From Nitrospirota bacterium (GTDB lineage: Bacteria > Nitrospirota > Thermodesulfovibrionia > Thermodesulfovibrionales > Dissulfurispiraceae), in contig CAVPZX010000002.1 in the NCBI GenBank assembly GCA_963710375.1, positions 960,001 through 1,024,000 of the forward strand: DNA of 64,000 bases, in the 5' to 3' direction. A program made the translations under genes and the position numbers. Positions 1 through 11,055 of this stretch are shown here, one piece after another. Within the stretch, counting starts at the first letter, position 1. Every line of letters begins with the position of its first letter. The notes below the pieces were generated by a model that was not told the origin of the DNA, searched no databases, and saw only the letters and a program-made list of their open reading frames with translations.

Positions 1-1088
1 CCCAGATCGCGACGGCAGCAGAGGAGATGAGTCAGACTATCTCCGATATTGCCCGGAACGCGTCGGTATCATCAGACACCTCTGCTGAAGCCATGAATTT
101 GGCAAGGAGCGGGCAGGAGGTCGCGAACAATGCTGTAGAAACAGTGAACAGGGTCTACACCTCGACTGTGGAGCTTGCGACCATGGTCGAAAAACTCAAC
201 AGCAGGTCATCGGAGATCGGGGATATCATAACCGTGATCAAAGATATTGCAGATCAGACGAATCTCCTCGCATTGAACGCGGCGATAGAAGCGGCCAGGG
301 CAGGGGAACAGGGAAGGGGATTCGCCGTTGTTGCTGATGAGGTGAGAAAGCTGGCGGAAAGGACGATCAAAGCGACGACCGAGATCTCCGATAAAATCGG
401 GGCGGTGCAGACCGAATCTACGCATACACAAAAGTCCATGTCCGAAGCATCGGAAGAGGTGACAAAAGCGACCCAATACATCCGGAACGTTGGGGATTCC
501 CTTGAGTCCATTGTTGGCGCGGTGCAGAATGTGCGCGATCAGATCAACCAGATAGCAACTGCTGTGGACGAGCAGTCTGCTGCGTCGGAAGAGGTGGCGA
601 AAAATATAGAGAAGACCTCGAACATTGCAAAAGAAATGGAGAGCACTTCGGAGGAGGTTATGACCTCGGTAAACGGGCTGCTCAATATCGCGGAGGAATT
701 AAGGGGAGCGGCAGGAGTCTTTGTTACCGAAGGCGGCCAATTGATCATGTGCGATACGGCGAGGCTGGATCACAGGATGTTCGTCGCCAAGGTAAGCGCA
801 CACCTGAAAGGAACCATGAAACTCGATGCCTCAAAACTGCCTGATCATCATAAGTGCAGGTTTGGGAAATGGTACGATACCCTCGGGCATGAGCTTTGCG
901 GAAATTTGCCCAGTTATAAAACAATTAATGCGCCGCATGAGAGGATACACGCGCTGGCAAAGGATGCTGTTACTGCGTACAGTTCGGGAGATAATGAAAA
1001 AGCATTGCGGATATATGGAGAGATGGAATCAGTCTCAAAACAGATCACAGATCTTCTCGAAAATATTAAGAGGGAATCTGCAGGATAA
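1..1088 (+). CDS. Methyl-accepting chemotaxis protein with C-terminal CZB zinc-binding domain (5'-truncated by window)
   Basis: MCP signalling motif [41 protein letters not shown] motifs DH..., [16 protein letters not shown]. Confidence 0.93.
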   Translation, partial: QIATAAEEMSQTISDIARNASVSSDTSAEAMNLARSGQEVANNAVETVNRVYTSTVELATMVEKLNSRSSEIGDIITVIKDIADQTNLLALNAAIEAARAGEQGRGFAVVADEVRKLAERTIKATTEISDKIGAVQTESTHTQKSMSEASEEVTKATQYIRNVGDSLESIVGAVQNVRDQINQIATAVDEQSAASEEVAKNIEKTSNIAKEMESTSEEVMTSVNGLLNIAEELRGAAGVFVTEGGQLIMCDTARLDHRMFVAKVSAHLKGTMKLDASKLPDHHKCRFGKWYDTLGHELCGNLPSYKTINAPHERIHALAKDAVTAYSSGDNEKALRIYGEMESVSKQITDLLENIKRESAG

Positions 1089-1095
1089 AAGTTCG

Positions 1096-1277
1096 CATTA
1101 TTGATAAATTTATACAAGGATCAGGCGGGACATGGTGATGAGCGGACTTTGACAGCCTAAGTGACACCAAGGATGGTGACACAGGCTGTCATAGCCTCGG
1201 AGCAAGGCCGGATGCCTTGCGAGAATGAGACGAAGCACTGTGGCCTGACTGATCCTTGTATAAATTTATCAATAATG
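1096..1277. mobile_element. MITE-like element with perfect 29-bp terminal inverted repeats
   Basis: cattattgataaatttatacaaggatcag (1096-1124) is the exact reverse complement of 1249-1277; internal hairpins; no coding capacity. Confidence 0.65.
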
Positions 1278-1877
1278 TGCGCTACTACTTATGCCGAATT
1301 GTTTAAGACATGATTTTAGTGCGTTCAGGGGCAATCCGATTACATTAAAATAATCACCTTCGATCCTGCGGACAAAAATAGATCCGAGCCCCTGTATAGC
1401 ATATGCCCCGGCTTTGTCCAGTGGCTCCCCGCTCCTTACGTATGCATTGATTTCCCTCATGGTGAGCTTATCGAAATACACCTTTGTTTCAACTGACCGT
1501 GAAATGCACTTTCCGGTGCGGGTGTCGATAATAGTAAAACCGGTAATGACTTTATGCACTCTGCCGCTGAGGGCTCCAAGCATCTCCCTGGCTCGAACAG
1601 GCGTATTGGGCTTTCCCATAATCTTGTTCCTGAGGATAATGAATGTGTCAGCAGCGATAATAACGGCGTCACGGTATTTTCCGGCAGCGATGCGGGCCTT
1701 TTTTTCAGATAAAACCCTCGACAGTCTGCGTGGAGATAAGCGGATATTCATGTTCTCTTCGCAAATGACTGGATCAACTTTAAAAGGCAAGCCGGTCAAC
1801 CGCAATAGATCTCTTCTTCGCTGCGACGCAGACGCAAGTATGATTTGTCTTGTCCTATGCATACTGGCCTGCCGCAT
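1269..1877 (-). CDS. maf: Maf-family nucleoside triphosphate pyrophosphatase
   Basis: IILASASQRRRDLL, IIAADT, GKP, EPLDKAGAYAIQG, VIGLP. Confidence 0.93.
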   Translation of the reverse strand: MRQASMHRTRQIILASASQRRRDLLRLTGLPFKVDPVICEENMNIRLSPRRLSRVLSEKKARIAAGKYRDAVIIAADTFIILRNKIMGKPNTPVRAREMLGALSGRVHKVITGFTIIDTRTGKCISRSVETKVYFDKLTMREINAYVRSGEPLDKAGAYAIQGLGSIFVRRIEGDYFNVIGLPLNALKSCLKQFGISSSAHY

Positions 1878-3046
1878 AACCTGAAGACCACGCCCACTGC
1901 AGGTTATAGCCTCCCAGCTGCCCCGTCACATCAATGACCTCACCGGCAAAATAGAGGCCATGCACTTTTTTGGATTCCATGGTTTTTGACGAGAGTTCGT
2001 CAGTATCCACCCCCCCTGCCGTGACTTCTGCTGTACTGTAGTCTTCAGTCCCGGCAGGAATAATTTCCCAGTTATGGATATGTCGTGAGACCTTTAACAG
2101 CTCCCTTTTGTTATATCGGCATATCGGCCTTAAATAACCATATCGCTCACACCAATAACGCGCAAACCGTTTGGGCAGGAATTGAGAAAGCAGTGTAGGT
2201 ATTTCCATTGTGCTGTGCTGTTTTGACTCAAATACTTCCTGCACATCGATTGCAGGTACCAAATCGATTGCAAGGGCATCACCCTTGTTCCAGTAAGCTG
2301 AAGCCTGGAGCATGGCAGGACCGCTCAGCCCTCTATGCGTAAACAGTATGCCGCCCTGAAACTCCTTCCTGTTGCATCTGACAAGGGCTTCAAAAGAAAT
2401 ACCGCTTAATTCACCGAAACCGGCTGAATCCGGCGGGCCGAAGACAAACGGGACCAGTGCAGGCTTCACTTCAATAACATTAATGCCGAACTGTCGGGCT
2501 ATCTTGTAACCCAATCCTGTTGCGCCGAGTTTGGGATATGACAATCCACCGGTAGCGGCCACCAGGGAAGTGGAAATAAATGTCCCCTTATCAGTGATAA
2601 CAGTAAACGCCTGCTCCTTGCCTACAGAAGAGATATGGCAGTTTAATAGCACTTGTGCTCCGGCTTCGGAGCATTCTTCGGCGAGCATTTTTAGTATTTC
2701 AAGAGAGGCTCCTAACGCAGAACAGTTGCCCTTGTTCGCGTTCTTCATAAGCAATGCCGTGCCTCTCCAGCATCGCGATAAAATCATGCACACTAAAACG
2801 GGCCAGTGCGGATTTACAGAAACGGGGGTTGCGTGATATATAGTTATGATGGTCTGCTGCGGTATTGCTGAAGTTGCAGCGGCCGCCTCCTGAGATGCGT
2901 ATCTTTTTCCCTATGCTGCCGGCATGATCGGCAACCAGAACCGACCGGCCTCTTTTGCCCGATTCAATTGCAGCCATAAGCCCTGCTGCGCCGGCTCCGA
3001 TGACAATAGTATCATAAACAGTTACTGCAGTTTCACCTTTTGCCAC
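1855..3046 (-). CDS. HI0933/BaiN-family NAD(P)/FAD-dependent oxidoreductase, split by a frameshift near 2700-2720
   Basis: N-half IGAGAAG...GKKIRISGGGRCNFSN (2699-3046); C-half ATGGLSYPKLG, FTHRGLSGPA, AGEVIDVTGQLGGYNLQWAWSSG (1855-2793). Confidence 0.88.
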
Positions 3047-3993
3047 GTCTTGTCAGGGTCATACTTTGTAATTGCTTTTGCAGCCTCTTCTGTCTTGGGC
3101 CCCAGGTCCTTCTGGTATATAATGCCCTGCTGGTTTACTACAAAGGTCATGATTCCTGACACCCCGTACTGTGCAGGGTATGCCAGCAGACCGAAGCCGC
3201 CTGTCATCTTGCCGTTGATAACATAATCCATTTCACCACCAGGCGCGCTGCTGCCCTGACTTTTCAGGATATGGAAATAATACCCGTGGTACGGGACTCG
3301 CTTCTCGCCAGGTTTCCGGGGAGTGTAACCCTCTTCCGTGGCACGGGCAACCATCGGTCCCAGAGGACTCTCCTCCTCCCCTGGCCCTGCTTCCCAATAC
3401 AAGCCATCCTTTTTGCCCTCATGGCTTCTAAATCTTTGAGCGTATTGCAATACCCCGCTGCCATCACGGTCCTTGATGACATATTCACGTTGAGCATTCA
3501 CATAATTATGAGAAACCTGGATGGTATTTAATTCGTTCCTGCCTATTCTCCGATTCAATATCTCCTGTCTGCCCTCTTCGGTTGAAAACACCCATTGCCG
3601 CCCTGATCTCACGATAGGTATGGGGAAAGAACATGCATTTTTCCCGATAATCGGCAGAACGGTTTTGTTGTCGAGCTTCGAAAATTTCACCGCTTCATCT
3701 GCTGCCTTAACAAACCGTGCACGGGCAACACTGTCGGCAACCGCATCACCGGAGGATATAAGATCTTTGCCCTCGGGTCCGAAGATGGCGAGTAATTCCT
3801 TGGTATCATTTGTCCTGGTAGCTTGTATTAATGCACTGAATGCATCTTTCGGAGACTTGAACTTCTCCTGCTTTGTGACTTGATCAGACGCAAGACATGT
3901 GACGGCAGATACTGCAACTATCACAGCTATCAGAACCCCTAACGTATAACAGCGCAGGGAAATGATTTCTGATTTTAATAAATATCTAAACAC
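3022..3993 (-). CDS. DUF2950-family exported protein
   Basis: Signal peptide; RRIGRNEL, DGLYW, PYHGYYF, YPAQYGVSGIMTF, YQKDLG. Confidence 0.85.
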   Translation of the reverse strand: MFRYLLKSEIISLRCYTLGVLIAVIVAVSAVTCLASDQVTKQEKFKSPKDAFSALIQATRTNDTKELLAIFGPEGKDLISSGDAVADSVARARFVKAADEAVKFSKLDNKTVLPIIGKNACSFPIPIVRSGRQWVFSTEEGRQEILNRRIGRNELNTIQVSHNYVNAQREYVIKDRDGSGVLQYAQRFRSHEGKKDGLYWEAGPGEEESPLGPMVARATEEGYTPRKPGEKRVPYHGYYFHILKSQGSSAPGGEMDYVINGKMTGGFGLLAYPAQYGVSGIMTFVVNQQGIIYQKDLGPKTEEAAKAITKYDPDKTWQKVKLQ

Positions 3994-4022
3994 TATTATT
4001 CCCTCCGTTTTTCAGCAATCTA

Positions 4023-5219
4023 TTACCGCCTTCCGCCACCACCGCCATGGAATCCTCCTCCGCCGCCACCACCTCGGGCACCCCCACCAGCGCCAATGGA
4101 ACTTCCGCCTGCATGACCACCACTAACCTGGCCGGCACTTGTGCGGCTTTGGAATCCGCGGTCACTCGCTGCACGCTCAGACTGGCTGTTAACAGAGTGC
4201 TCAAAGGCACTTGACCGAGTTCCGGCAGGGTTTTGAGTCACCCCATAGCCTCGTAATTCCCGGCCTGCCGCTGCCCCGGCACTGACGGGACGTTCCCGGC
4301 CTGCCGCTGCCCCGGCACTGACGGGACGTTCCCGGCCTGCCGCTGCCCCGGCACTGACGGGACGTTCCCGGCCTGCCACTGCCCCGGCACCGACGGGATG
4401 TTCCCGGCCTGCCGCTGCCCCGGCACCGACGGGATGTTCCCGGCCTCCACTGACAAAAGCCTGCGCCCCGCCGCGAAATCTGTTAGCGGGGTCAATTCGC
4501 CCTATCTTGCCTGTTGCGGGATTGTGGAAATGATTGGTGATAAACCCATCGTGCCCACGGTGATGATGGTCATGATGTCCATGACCATGAATACTGACGT
4601 TAAAGTCTGCCAGGACAAAGAACCCTGGAAACCAGAAATCCGCCCACCAAAACGGATAAGGAACCCATGTATACAAATATGCATCATCAGGAGGCGGAGC
4701 ATAGTAGGTGACCACAGGGGGCCCCTCAGTGGAGTAATAATTCTCTATTGCTGTTGTGTCAGGATAACTCGGCGCAGCTGCCTCAGCAGGCCCATTACCT
4801 GAAATATCCGGCGTTATAGGCAGGTTTTCCCCACTTATAATCCCCTGAAATGTCTTCAGTGCCGCATCTTTCCCAACACCTAATTTCCCTGAGTCTGCCG
4901 CTGCACTAATAGATGCCTGCAATTCTCCGATAATATCAGGAGTGGCCGGGTAATCGGCGATCCAGCCGTTGCGCGGACTTATGCCGATTGAGCTCAACTC
5001 GTCCTCAGCCTCAGCCTCGTTTTTTGGCGCACCCACCTTAAGTCCCTCAGCCAGATCTATAGCCAAGTCTCCTTCTCTGATCAACGCCTGTGATAATAAG
5101 GTATTTGCTGCTGACGGTTGGTCATCCTGAGCACTTGATAAGGTTGGGATCAAAGCAGTAGCCATTAATATAATTAGTGAAATTAACAAGCCTTTCATCT
5201 TTGCCCCTCCCCGCTCCAT
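4023..5219 (-). CDS. Exported protein with Pro/Tyr-rich segment, His patch, tandem repeats and Gly-rich tail (position typical of the DUF3300-type partner of DUF2950)
   Basis: Signal peptide, ERAASDRGFQSR...GGGGRR tail, upstream of DUF2950. Confidence 0.65.
   Translation of the reverse strand: MERGGAKMKGLLISLIILMATALIPTLSSAQDDQPSAANTLLSQALIREGDLAIDLAEGLKVGAPKNEAEAEDELSSIGISPRNGWIADYPATPDIIGELQASISAAADSGKLGVGKDAALKTFQGIISGENLPITPDISGNGPAEAAAPSYPDTTAIENYYSTEGPPVVTYYAPPPDDAYLYTWVPYPFWWADFWFPGFFVLADFNVSIHGHGHHDHHHRGHDGFITNHFHNPATGKIGRIDPANRFRGGAQAFVSGGREHPVGAGAAAGREHPVGAGAVAGRERPVSAGAAAGRERPVSAGAAAGRERPVSAGAAAGRELRGYGVTQNPAGTRSSAFEHSVNSQSERAASDRGFQSRTSAGQVSGGHAGGSSIGAGGGARGGGGGGGFHGGGGGRR
4257..4446. 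repeat. Coding tandem repeat, 36-bp unit x5 plus a partial copy
   Basis: Unit ttcccggcctgccgctgccccggcactgacgggacg encodes RE(R/H)PV(S/G)AGA(A/V)AG on the minus strand. Confidence 0.95.
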
Positions 5220-5243
5220 AACTATATTATAGTATAAATCCCA

Positions 5244-5711
5244 TCAGTCAAGCTGTTCCACCAGGTAATTCGGCAGCCCCATTTGTTTAATCTGGTCAAG
5301 CTGGGCCTCGATCAAGTCAATGTGGTCTTCTTCCTCTTTCAGGATCGACTCCAGGAGTTCGCGTGTACCGTTGTCTCCCACCTCCACCGACAGCCGGATG
5401 CTCTCGTTGTATCCGCTGATGGCCCCTTCCTCTGCCTCGTGGTCATTCTGATGCATTTTTGGAATTTCAGCGCCGATATGCATCTTGTTCAGGTTGCTGA
5501 CAATAGGAATACCTTCGAGGAAGAGGATGCGGGCGATGAGCTTCTCGGCGTGTTTCATCTCGTCTATGGCCCTCTTCTGGATCATCTCGTCCAGCCGCGT
5601 GTACTTCCAGTTGTCGCACATCTCGGCGTGGACCATATACTGACTGATAGCAGTAAGCTCTTCGGCCAGGCGCGCGTTCAGAGTCTTGATGACCTTTTCA
5701 TTCCCTTTCAT
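5244..5711 (-). CDS. bfr: Bacterioferritin
   Basis: MKGNEKVI...EELTAISQYMVH, DEMKHAEKLIARILFLEG, EEEDHID. Confidence 0.95.
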   Translation of the reverse strand: MKGNEKVIKTLNARLAEELTAISQYMVHAEMCDNWKYTRLDEMIQKRAIDEMKHAEKLIARILFLEGIPIVSNLNKMHIGAEIPKMHQNDHEAEEGAISGYNESIRLSVEVGDNGTRELLESILKEEEDHIDLIEAQLDQIKQMGLPNYLVEQLD

Positions 5712-5764
5712 ACATAACCTCCAGTGTGCATCAATAATCAAATCAACCCGGCGGAAACCGCCTT

Positions 5765-5927
5765 AGTGTTTCAATTCATAAATACGGTGTCGTACCGAGA
5801 GCGTCGATGCGCCGCGCCAGCGAGGCGCACGACTGAGGCGTACCGTTGCGTACGGCGAAGGAGCGCAACAAAACTGGAGCGGATGCAGCGGCGCTCGAAT
5901 GCAACCGTATTTATGAATTGAGACACT
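5765..5927. mobile_element. MITE-like element with 24-bp terminal inverted repeats (1 mismatch)
   Basis: agtgtttcaattcataaatacggt (5765-5788) vs accgtatttatgaattgagacact (5904-5927); GC-rich self-complementary interior. Confidence 0.65.
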
Positions 5928-6029
5928 CATTATGGCATTTTAAAATATGGCACTCTCATTCATAAATAATTGTAGCAGATATCTCACAGAGGTCAAGGAA
6001 GCAATACTTCGGGGGGGTGATAGGGCTTG

Positions 6030-6513
6030 CTAAGCCCCCTCTTCATCTACGCCATCTTTTTCCTGCTCCTCTATAAACCTGAATAGCTTTTCCATGGCAT
6101 CGATCTGCTGAAGCTTTTTATTCCTTCCCGATAGCCTTATGATGTCCTCTATAAAATCGGGCGACTCCGGCATTTCAGCATTATAGACGCCCCTCCTGGT
6201 CACTTTATATCCTTCTATTTCGGTCTTTAGGGCACTATCGGATGCTACAATCTTCCGAACAGCAATATAGCCGTTCTTCACATTAAGAAGCGAGATTGCG
6301 GAACGCAAATAGCTTATTGCTTCATTCCAGTCTCTCGAGTGAAAAATCTGCTTCGGCATGAATCAGGACCTCGTTCTCTTTGCTGACATCAATAGTACTT
6401 ATCGAGTTGTCTTTTGAAAGATTCCATAACCTGTCGCTGATATCCTGCCCGATCTTATTGCATGCGAATGGCAACTTGATATAATACGCTCTGATTTCCC
6501 TGAACAACTCCAT
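6030..6513 (-). CDS. Hypothetical protein, probably one gene split by a frameshift (ORFs 6322-6513 and 6030-6359)
   Basis: Two overlapping same-strand ORFs with protein-like composition; no recognised motif. Confidence 0.4.
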
Positions 6514-6611
6514 GGCTAATTTTATATCAAGAGAAACAAAAAAGGCAAAAATCGTTAATAAATATTCACGTTGACTTTTTTCATAGGTAATAAATAGAAT
6601 TTATAAATATC

Positions 6612-6944
6612 ATGAAAAGAGATAAGTCGATATATGATCTGCAGGCGGAAATCTGTAAGATACTTGCCAGCCCCAAGAGGATAGAAATCATAACCGCACT
6701 GAAGGACGGCGAAAAGACTGTTAGTGAGATCATTGAAGTTCTCGGTATCCCCAAGGCAAACGCATCGCAGCACCTTGCTCTGATGAAGGTCAAGGGCATA
6801 TTGAATAGCAGGAGAGAAGGCGTTAATGTCTACTACAGCATTGCCAACCCTAAAGTGATTCAGGCATGCGGTCTGATGAGAGAGGTTCTTTCCGACATTA
6901 TGGTTGAAAGAGGTAAAATGGCCTCTCTGATGGCCCGATCATGA
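6612..6944 (+). CDS. ArsR/SmtB-family transcriptional regulator
   Basis: KILASPKRIEII, SQHLALM, RREGVNVYY wing; two Cys. Confidence 0.92.
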   Translation: MKRDKSIYDLQAEICKILASPKRIEIITALKDGEKTVSEIIEVLGIPKANASQHLALMKVKGILNSRREGVNVYYSIANPKVIQACGLMREVLSDIMVERGKMASLMARS

Positions 6945-6983
6945 GTACTCCAACTCTCTCTTAGAGCTTATGACCTCTATCTT

Positions 6984-7295
6984 TCAGAAGCATCCCGCAA
7001 GCCTTCTAAAAAAAGTGGTTATGTTCTTGTCGTCCTTTGTTATGTATCTTACTTTGACGTCGTCGCCTAACCTGATACGCTTATCCTCGAATTTATCCAA
7101 TGTTTTTTTATCCTCAACAGTTACAGGAATGTCCTTGCCTTCATAAGTTGCTATAACTGCATTTCCTGTACTCAGGTCTATACTCTTAACCGTGCCGTTT
7201 ATGGCTTGCTCTTCAGCAAAAACCGGCCCTGCCATGACAGCGATAAGTAAAAGTGCTATTGATGACCATATCAAAGACTGTTGCGTTCTCATCAA
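6984..7295 (-). CDS. Small exported beta-rich protein ending in AGCF
   Basis: Signal peptide, GTVKSID...GDDVKVRY pattern; downstream of the cytochrome. Confidence 0.6.
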   Translation of the reverse strand: MMRTQQSLIWSSIALLLIAVMAGPVFAEEQAINGTVKSIDLSTGNAVIATYEGKDIPVTVEDKKTLDKFEDKRIRLGDDVKVRYITKDDKNITTFFRRLAGCF

Positions 7296-7331
7296 ACACT
7301 CCTTTTGGCGCTTAATTGACTTATAGCCAAT

Positions 7332-9138
7332 TCAGTGGATAAATTTTCCCTTTTCGTAATCCCCTTTTAACTTCTCGTATAAAACCCTGTTCTTAATTGC
7401 AGGCAGTGCGAAATTACCACCGAGATTCCATTTGTCACTGAACGGTCCGAGGCCTTTGGGCATAGGACCTCTGTCAGGCCCTTTAAAGTCAACAACCCTG
7501 AGTCCCTTTTCATCCGCAATTATTGTGTACTGCCCGTCCTCTACATCCTTATAAGACCCTGATCCAAAGCCTGTGGTCACCTTCTGTGAAGTTGAGGAAT
7601 GACAGACTCTCGCACGTCCTGGATCTGCCTGTGGCGTGGGCCACCCTGTCAACATTAAGCCAGACCATAGTATCGTGGTCATTGTCATCAAGGTTTTTTA
7701 CAAGACCGGTAATGGCGAAGGAATCATTAGATACATAGCCCCTGTTTATTTTTACATCCGGCCTGTTCCTGAACATGAGTCTCTTTGAAAATTTGACCTC
7801 TTCTGCCTTTACATTGCCTGACGTGTGGGGAACGACATGCACCGGTATCCAATTGCCCTGTCTGTTTTTCACAAGCACAGGCGGGATGGCATCTACATAG
7901 TAGTCCTGTATCCTGGTGAGCGGGTTCTCTTTCCCTCTATTTCCAGTTGCTGTCCAGAAATTGAGAGCATATCCCCCTATTAGCGCTGTATGGCATGAAG
8001 CGCAATCCACCTTCCTGTGAGGCCCCTTTTTGTATGCCGCGACTATTTTGCTATGGCATTTTGAGCAGTCAACATCCCGCCTGAGATCCCCGTGTATCCC
8101 TGTTTTCCTGTTCGGCTCGTGGCAATCAACGCATCCGATATTATTGCGCAAATGCACGTCTGTCATGCCTGCCAACATCTCTTTCCCTTTTGGAGTCGCC
8201 TGTGTAAAATCAGCCCTGAAATAGCCGTCGCCCCTTCTCCTCTCCATAGGGCCTGCATGACAGCTAAAAGAGCGCCCGCCGCCGTAACATGAAAGAGAGA
8301 CAGGTTTGCTTGAAAATGTATGCAACCCTTTGCCCGGTGTACCCGGCTCTTGCTTTTGCGGATTGAAGTGACAGTCAAGACAGCCGACGTGGCATTGGTT
8401 GCAGGTCCTCTGCAAATTGTGAGAGGCCTTCTCAGGCAGAGGCATAGTAGAATGGTCGTCAAATACTTTTATATTCTCATCCGTGAACTTGTCCTGATAG
8501 GGTTTTGAAAGAGGGCCTGTCCACAAGCCACAGCTCTGCGGTCCGCTAGGGCCTGTCCATGTCACGTATTGGCTCTGGGTATGTGCGCCTGTTGCGCCGC
8601 CCATAGCGCTTTTAAGGAAACTTTTAACTATATCTGCATGGCAGGTACCGCATGTCCGGTCTGCAAGCACCGGATTAAAAGCGAGCGTTGACGGGTTTTT
8701 ATCTTGCCATATAATAAGCCTGTAATCGTAATTGTCTTTGATTTCGCCTTTGGCTGTCAGGAGTTTGGGACTTAGTTGGGTCGCTCTGTTCTCCCCCCTT
8801 GGCTCAAGTATAGGCCAATCCTTCAGGTCCTCAGGGTTCATCTTGTTTCTTGCAGTTGCATTCCATTTCGCTCCCACCGCAATTAATGTCAGGAGCCCCT
8901 TATGGGCCTCCTCCTTAGTTACAGTCAGTGGATCACCCATGTGGCAACTGATGCAGGATGCCGGCATCCCCGATTGATCGCGAACGTCTTCAGATGTCAG
9001 GATGAACTGCGGGCAGCCCAAATCCTTCATCTTGCCGGCATTGCTGTGGCATTCGATACAACTGTCGTCAGCGTAGTCATTAACTCCAAATATTAAGAGT
9101 GCGAATATTATCAATAAAGACAATTTTGGGTTATTCAT
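7332..9138 (-). CDS. Exported multiheme c-type cytochrome (9 CxxCH plus one CX8CH), frameshift near 7605
   Basis: CIECH, CISCH, CGTCH, CNQCH, CLDCH, CYGGGRSFSCH, CVDCH, CSKCH, CASCH; removing one base restores CESCH and joins ORF 7332-7691. Confidence 0.88.
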
Positions 9139-9356
9139 ACCGCTGCCCTCCGTATAGCATGATTAATGGAACGTTAACGCAACGCCTCTCCAACCCATGT
9201 TTATTCTGAACAGATTAAATGTTTCGAAACTCATTAATTTTAATTATATCAAAATACTTGGGTGGAATAAACTTGCCTTGACACTAGTTAAGAATCTTCT
9301 TGACTTATTAGTTGCATATATTCTAAACTGCCGAAAAATCAGCAAGGGGGTGTGGC

Positions 9357-11000
9357 ATGAAACGAAAGATTTTAGGGGTGCTTCTTTCGCTTTCTCTTTT
9401 GCTCCCTCTCCCGGCATTCGCTGTTGATCAGGGCGACCTTATGCAAAAGATCGACGCGCTTTCAAAAGAGCTCGATCGCCTGAAACAGCAGATGACGGAG
9501 TTGCAGAGCAAAGAGACCGTGAAAGAGGAAAGGATCACAAATGTCGAAAAGAAGACCGAGGACGTAGAGAAGAAAACCGACGAACAGGCAGCAGCGTCTT
9601 CCTGGTTTACGATCGGTGGAGATTACAGGGCGAGACTGGATTCGCTTCACGGCAGTACAGCCTTGCTCCTGCCTCAAAACCATGTATTGTTCGGTGTCAA
9701 TCCCACTTCAACTAAAGTAGGCAACGACACTATCCTTACCAACAGATTCGGACTGAACCTGACCGCAAGGGCCACCGAAGATGTGCTGGTCCATGCAAGG
9801 CTCCTTATGTACAAAGTATGGGGGGAAGAGACCGCAGCACCAACTGGTGCGAACAACACTCCCGGCGGCGGTGCATTCTTCGCTGACAAGTTTTATGTCT
9901 TTGACGGCAATGTCGCGCACATACCTGAGGATAACACTCTGAGGGTTGACCAGGCATTCGCATCATGGAGCAACATATTAGGCCAGCCTTTATGGTTTTC
10001 CATCGGAAGGAGACCGTCCACAGGAGGCGTTCCGACTAATCTGCGTCAAAATACAGAGAAGATCGGCACTGCCGGAACACCCGGCTTGCTGATAGACTAC
10101 GCGTTTGATGGCGGAACTATTGGAGTTGCCCCTGATATCGATGCCCTTCCCGGTGCATATGCCAAGTTCTGCTTCGGTAAGGGCTTTGACAGCGGATTCA
10201 GTACCGGTAACAGCACTGATGACATGAAAGACGTTTGGATGATCGGGTTCCAGGTTGCGCCAGTTGACACAGATAATCTCCATATCGAATTGCAGTACAA
10301 CAGGGCATTGGATATATTCGCGTTCCCTGAAAACAGCAGTTTTAATTTTAACGGAACTATTCCGGCCGGGACTTTTGGACCGGGTTCTCCTGCCCTTCTG
10401 ACTCCTGTGAGTATTGCGAACCAAAATATTGGAGATATCGATCAGTTAGGCGCTGTAATCATGGGTAAAATCGACAAACTCGGTATCGGCGACCTAAACC
10501 TATTCCTTTCTCCTGCTGTTAGTGAAACACATCCAAACGGCAGATTCATAGATTTTGGCGGAGGGGCCCATTACGGGCTGATGTGGGATACTGTAACAGG
10601 CACACCGATGAAGTCTTACACGGGAGAAGCGATATATTTGGGTGGAAGGTATGATATTGCCAGTACAGGGACAAAGATCGGGCTTGAATATAACCATGGC
10701 TCGAAAAACTGGATTACCTTTACCCCGGCAAGTGACGACTTGTGGACCAGCAAGCTCGGTGCAAGAGGCAGTGTGTATGAAGCGTACGTTATTCAGGGAC
10801 TCAACAAGAAACCCATTGCAAGGAGAGGAAATGCCTTCTTCAGACTTGGGTATCAATATTACAGCTTTACCGATACTGGAAGCAACAACTGGGTGGGGGG
10901 CGCTCAAAGCATAAAAAGCCTGAATACCAATTCTGTACAGTTGTTTGCGCCTCTTAAGAACGCAAGTGATATTTACTTAACCTTCGACGTAGTATTCTAA
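9357..11000 (+). CDS. Outer-membrane beta-barrel, DUF3373-like
   Basis: Signal peptide, N-terminal coiled coil, FTIGGDYRARLD, FSIGRRPSTGG, GLEYNHGSKNW, terminal Phe. Confidence 0.78.
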   Translation: MKRKILGVLLSLSLLLPLPAFAVDQGDLMQKIDALSKELDRLKQQMTELQSKETVKEERITNVEKKTEDVEKKTDEQAAASSWFTIGGDYRARLDSLHGSTALLLPQNHVLFGVNPTSTKVGNDTILTNRFGLNLTARATEDVLVHARLLMYKVWGEETAAPTGANNTPGGGAFFADKFYVFDGNVAHIPEDNTLRVDQAFASWSNILGQPLWFSIGRRPSTGGVPTNLRQNTEKIGTAGTPGLLIDYAFDGGTIGVAPDIDALPGAYAKFCFGKGFDSGFSTGNSTDDMKDVWMIGFQVAPVDTDNLHIELQYNRALDIFAFPENSSFNFNGTIPAGTFGPGSPALLTPVSIANQNIGDIDQLGAVIMGKIDKLGIGDLNLFLSPAVSETHPNGRFIDFGGGAHYGLMWDTVTGTPMKSYTGEAIYLGGRYDIASTGTKIGLEYNHGSKNWITFTPASDDLWTSKLGARGSVYEAYVIQGLNKKPIARRGNAFFRLGYQYYSFTDTGSNNWVGGAQSIKSLNTNSVQLFAPLKNASDIYLTFDVVF

Positions 11001-11008
11001 GCCGCACG

Positions 11009-11040
11009 AAAGGGAAGGGGCTGAGAAGCCCCTTCCCTTT
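11009..11040 (+). terminator. Stem-loop after the porin gene (terminator or mRNA stabiliser)
   Basis: aaagggaaggggct-gaga-agccccttcccttt, perfect 14-bp stem. Confidence 0.7.
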
Positions 11041-11055
11041 CCATGAGGAAAAACC

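Noticed and set aside
4257..4446. 36-bp repeats as a CRISPR array
   Set aside because: Units are head-to-tail with no spacers, encode an in-frame 12-aa repeat, and no cas genes are present.
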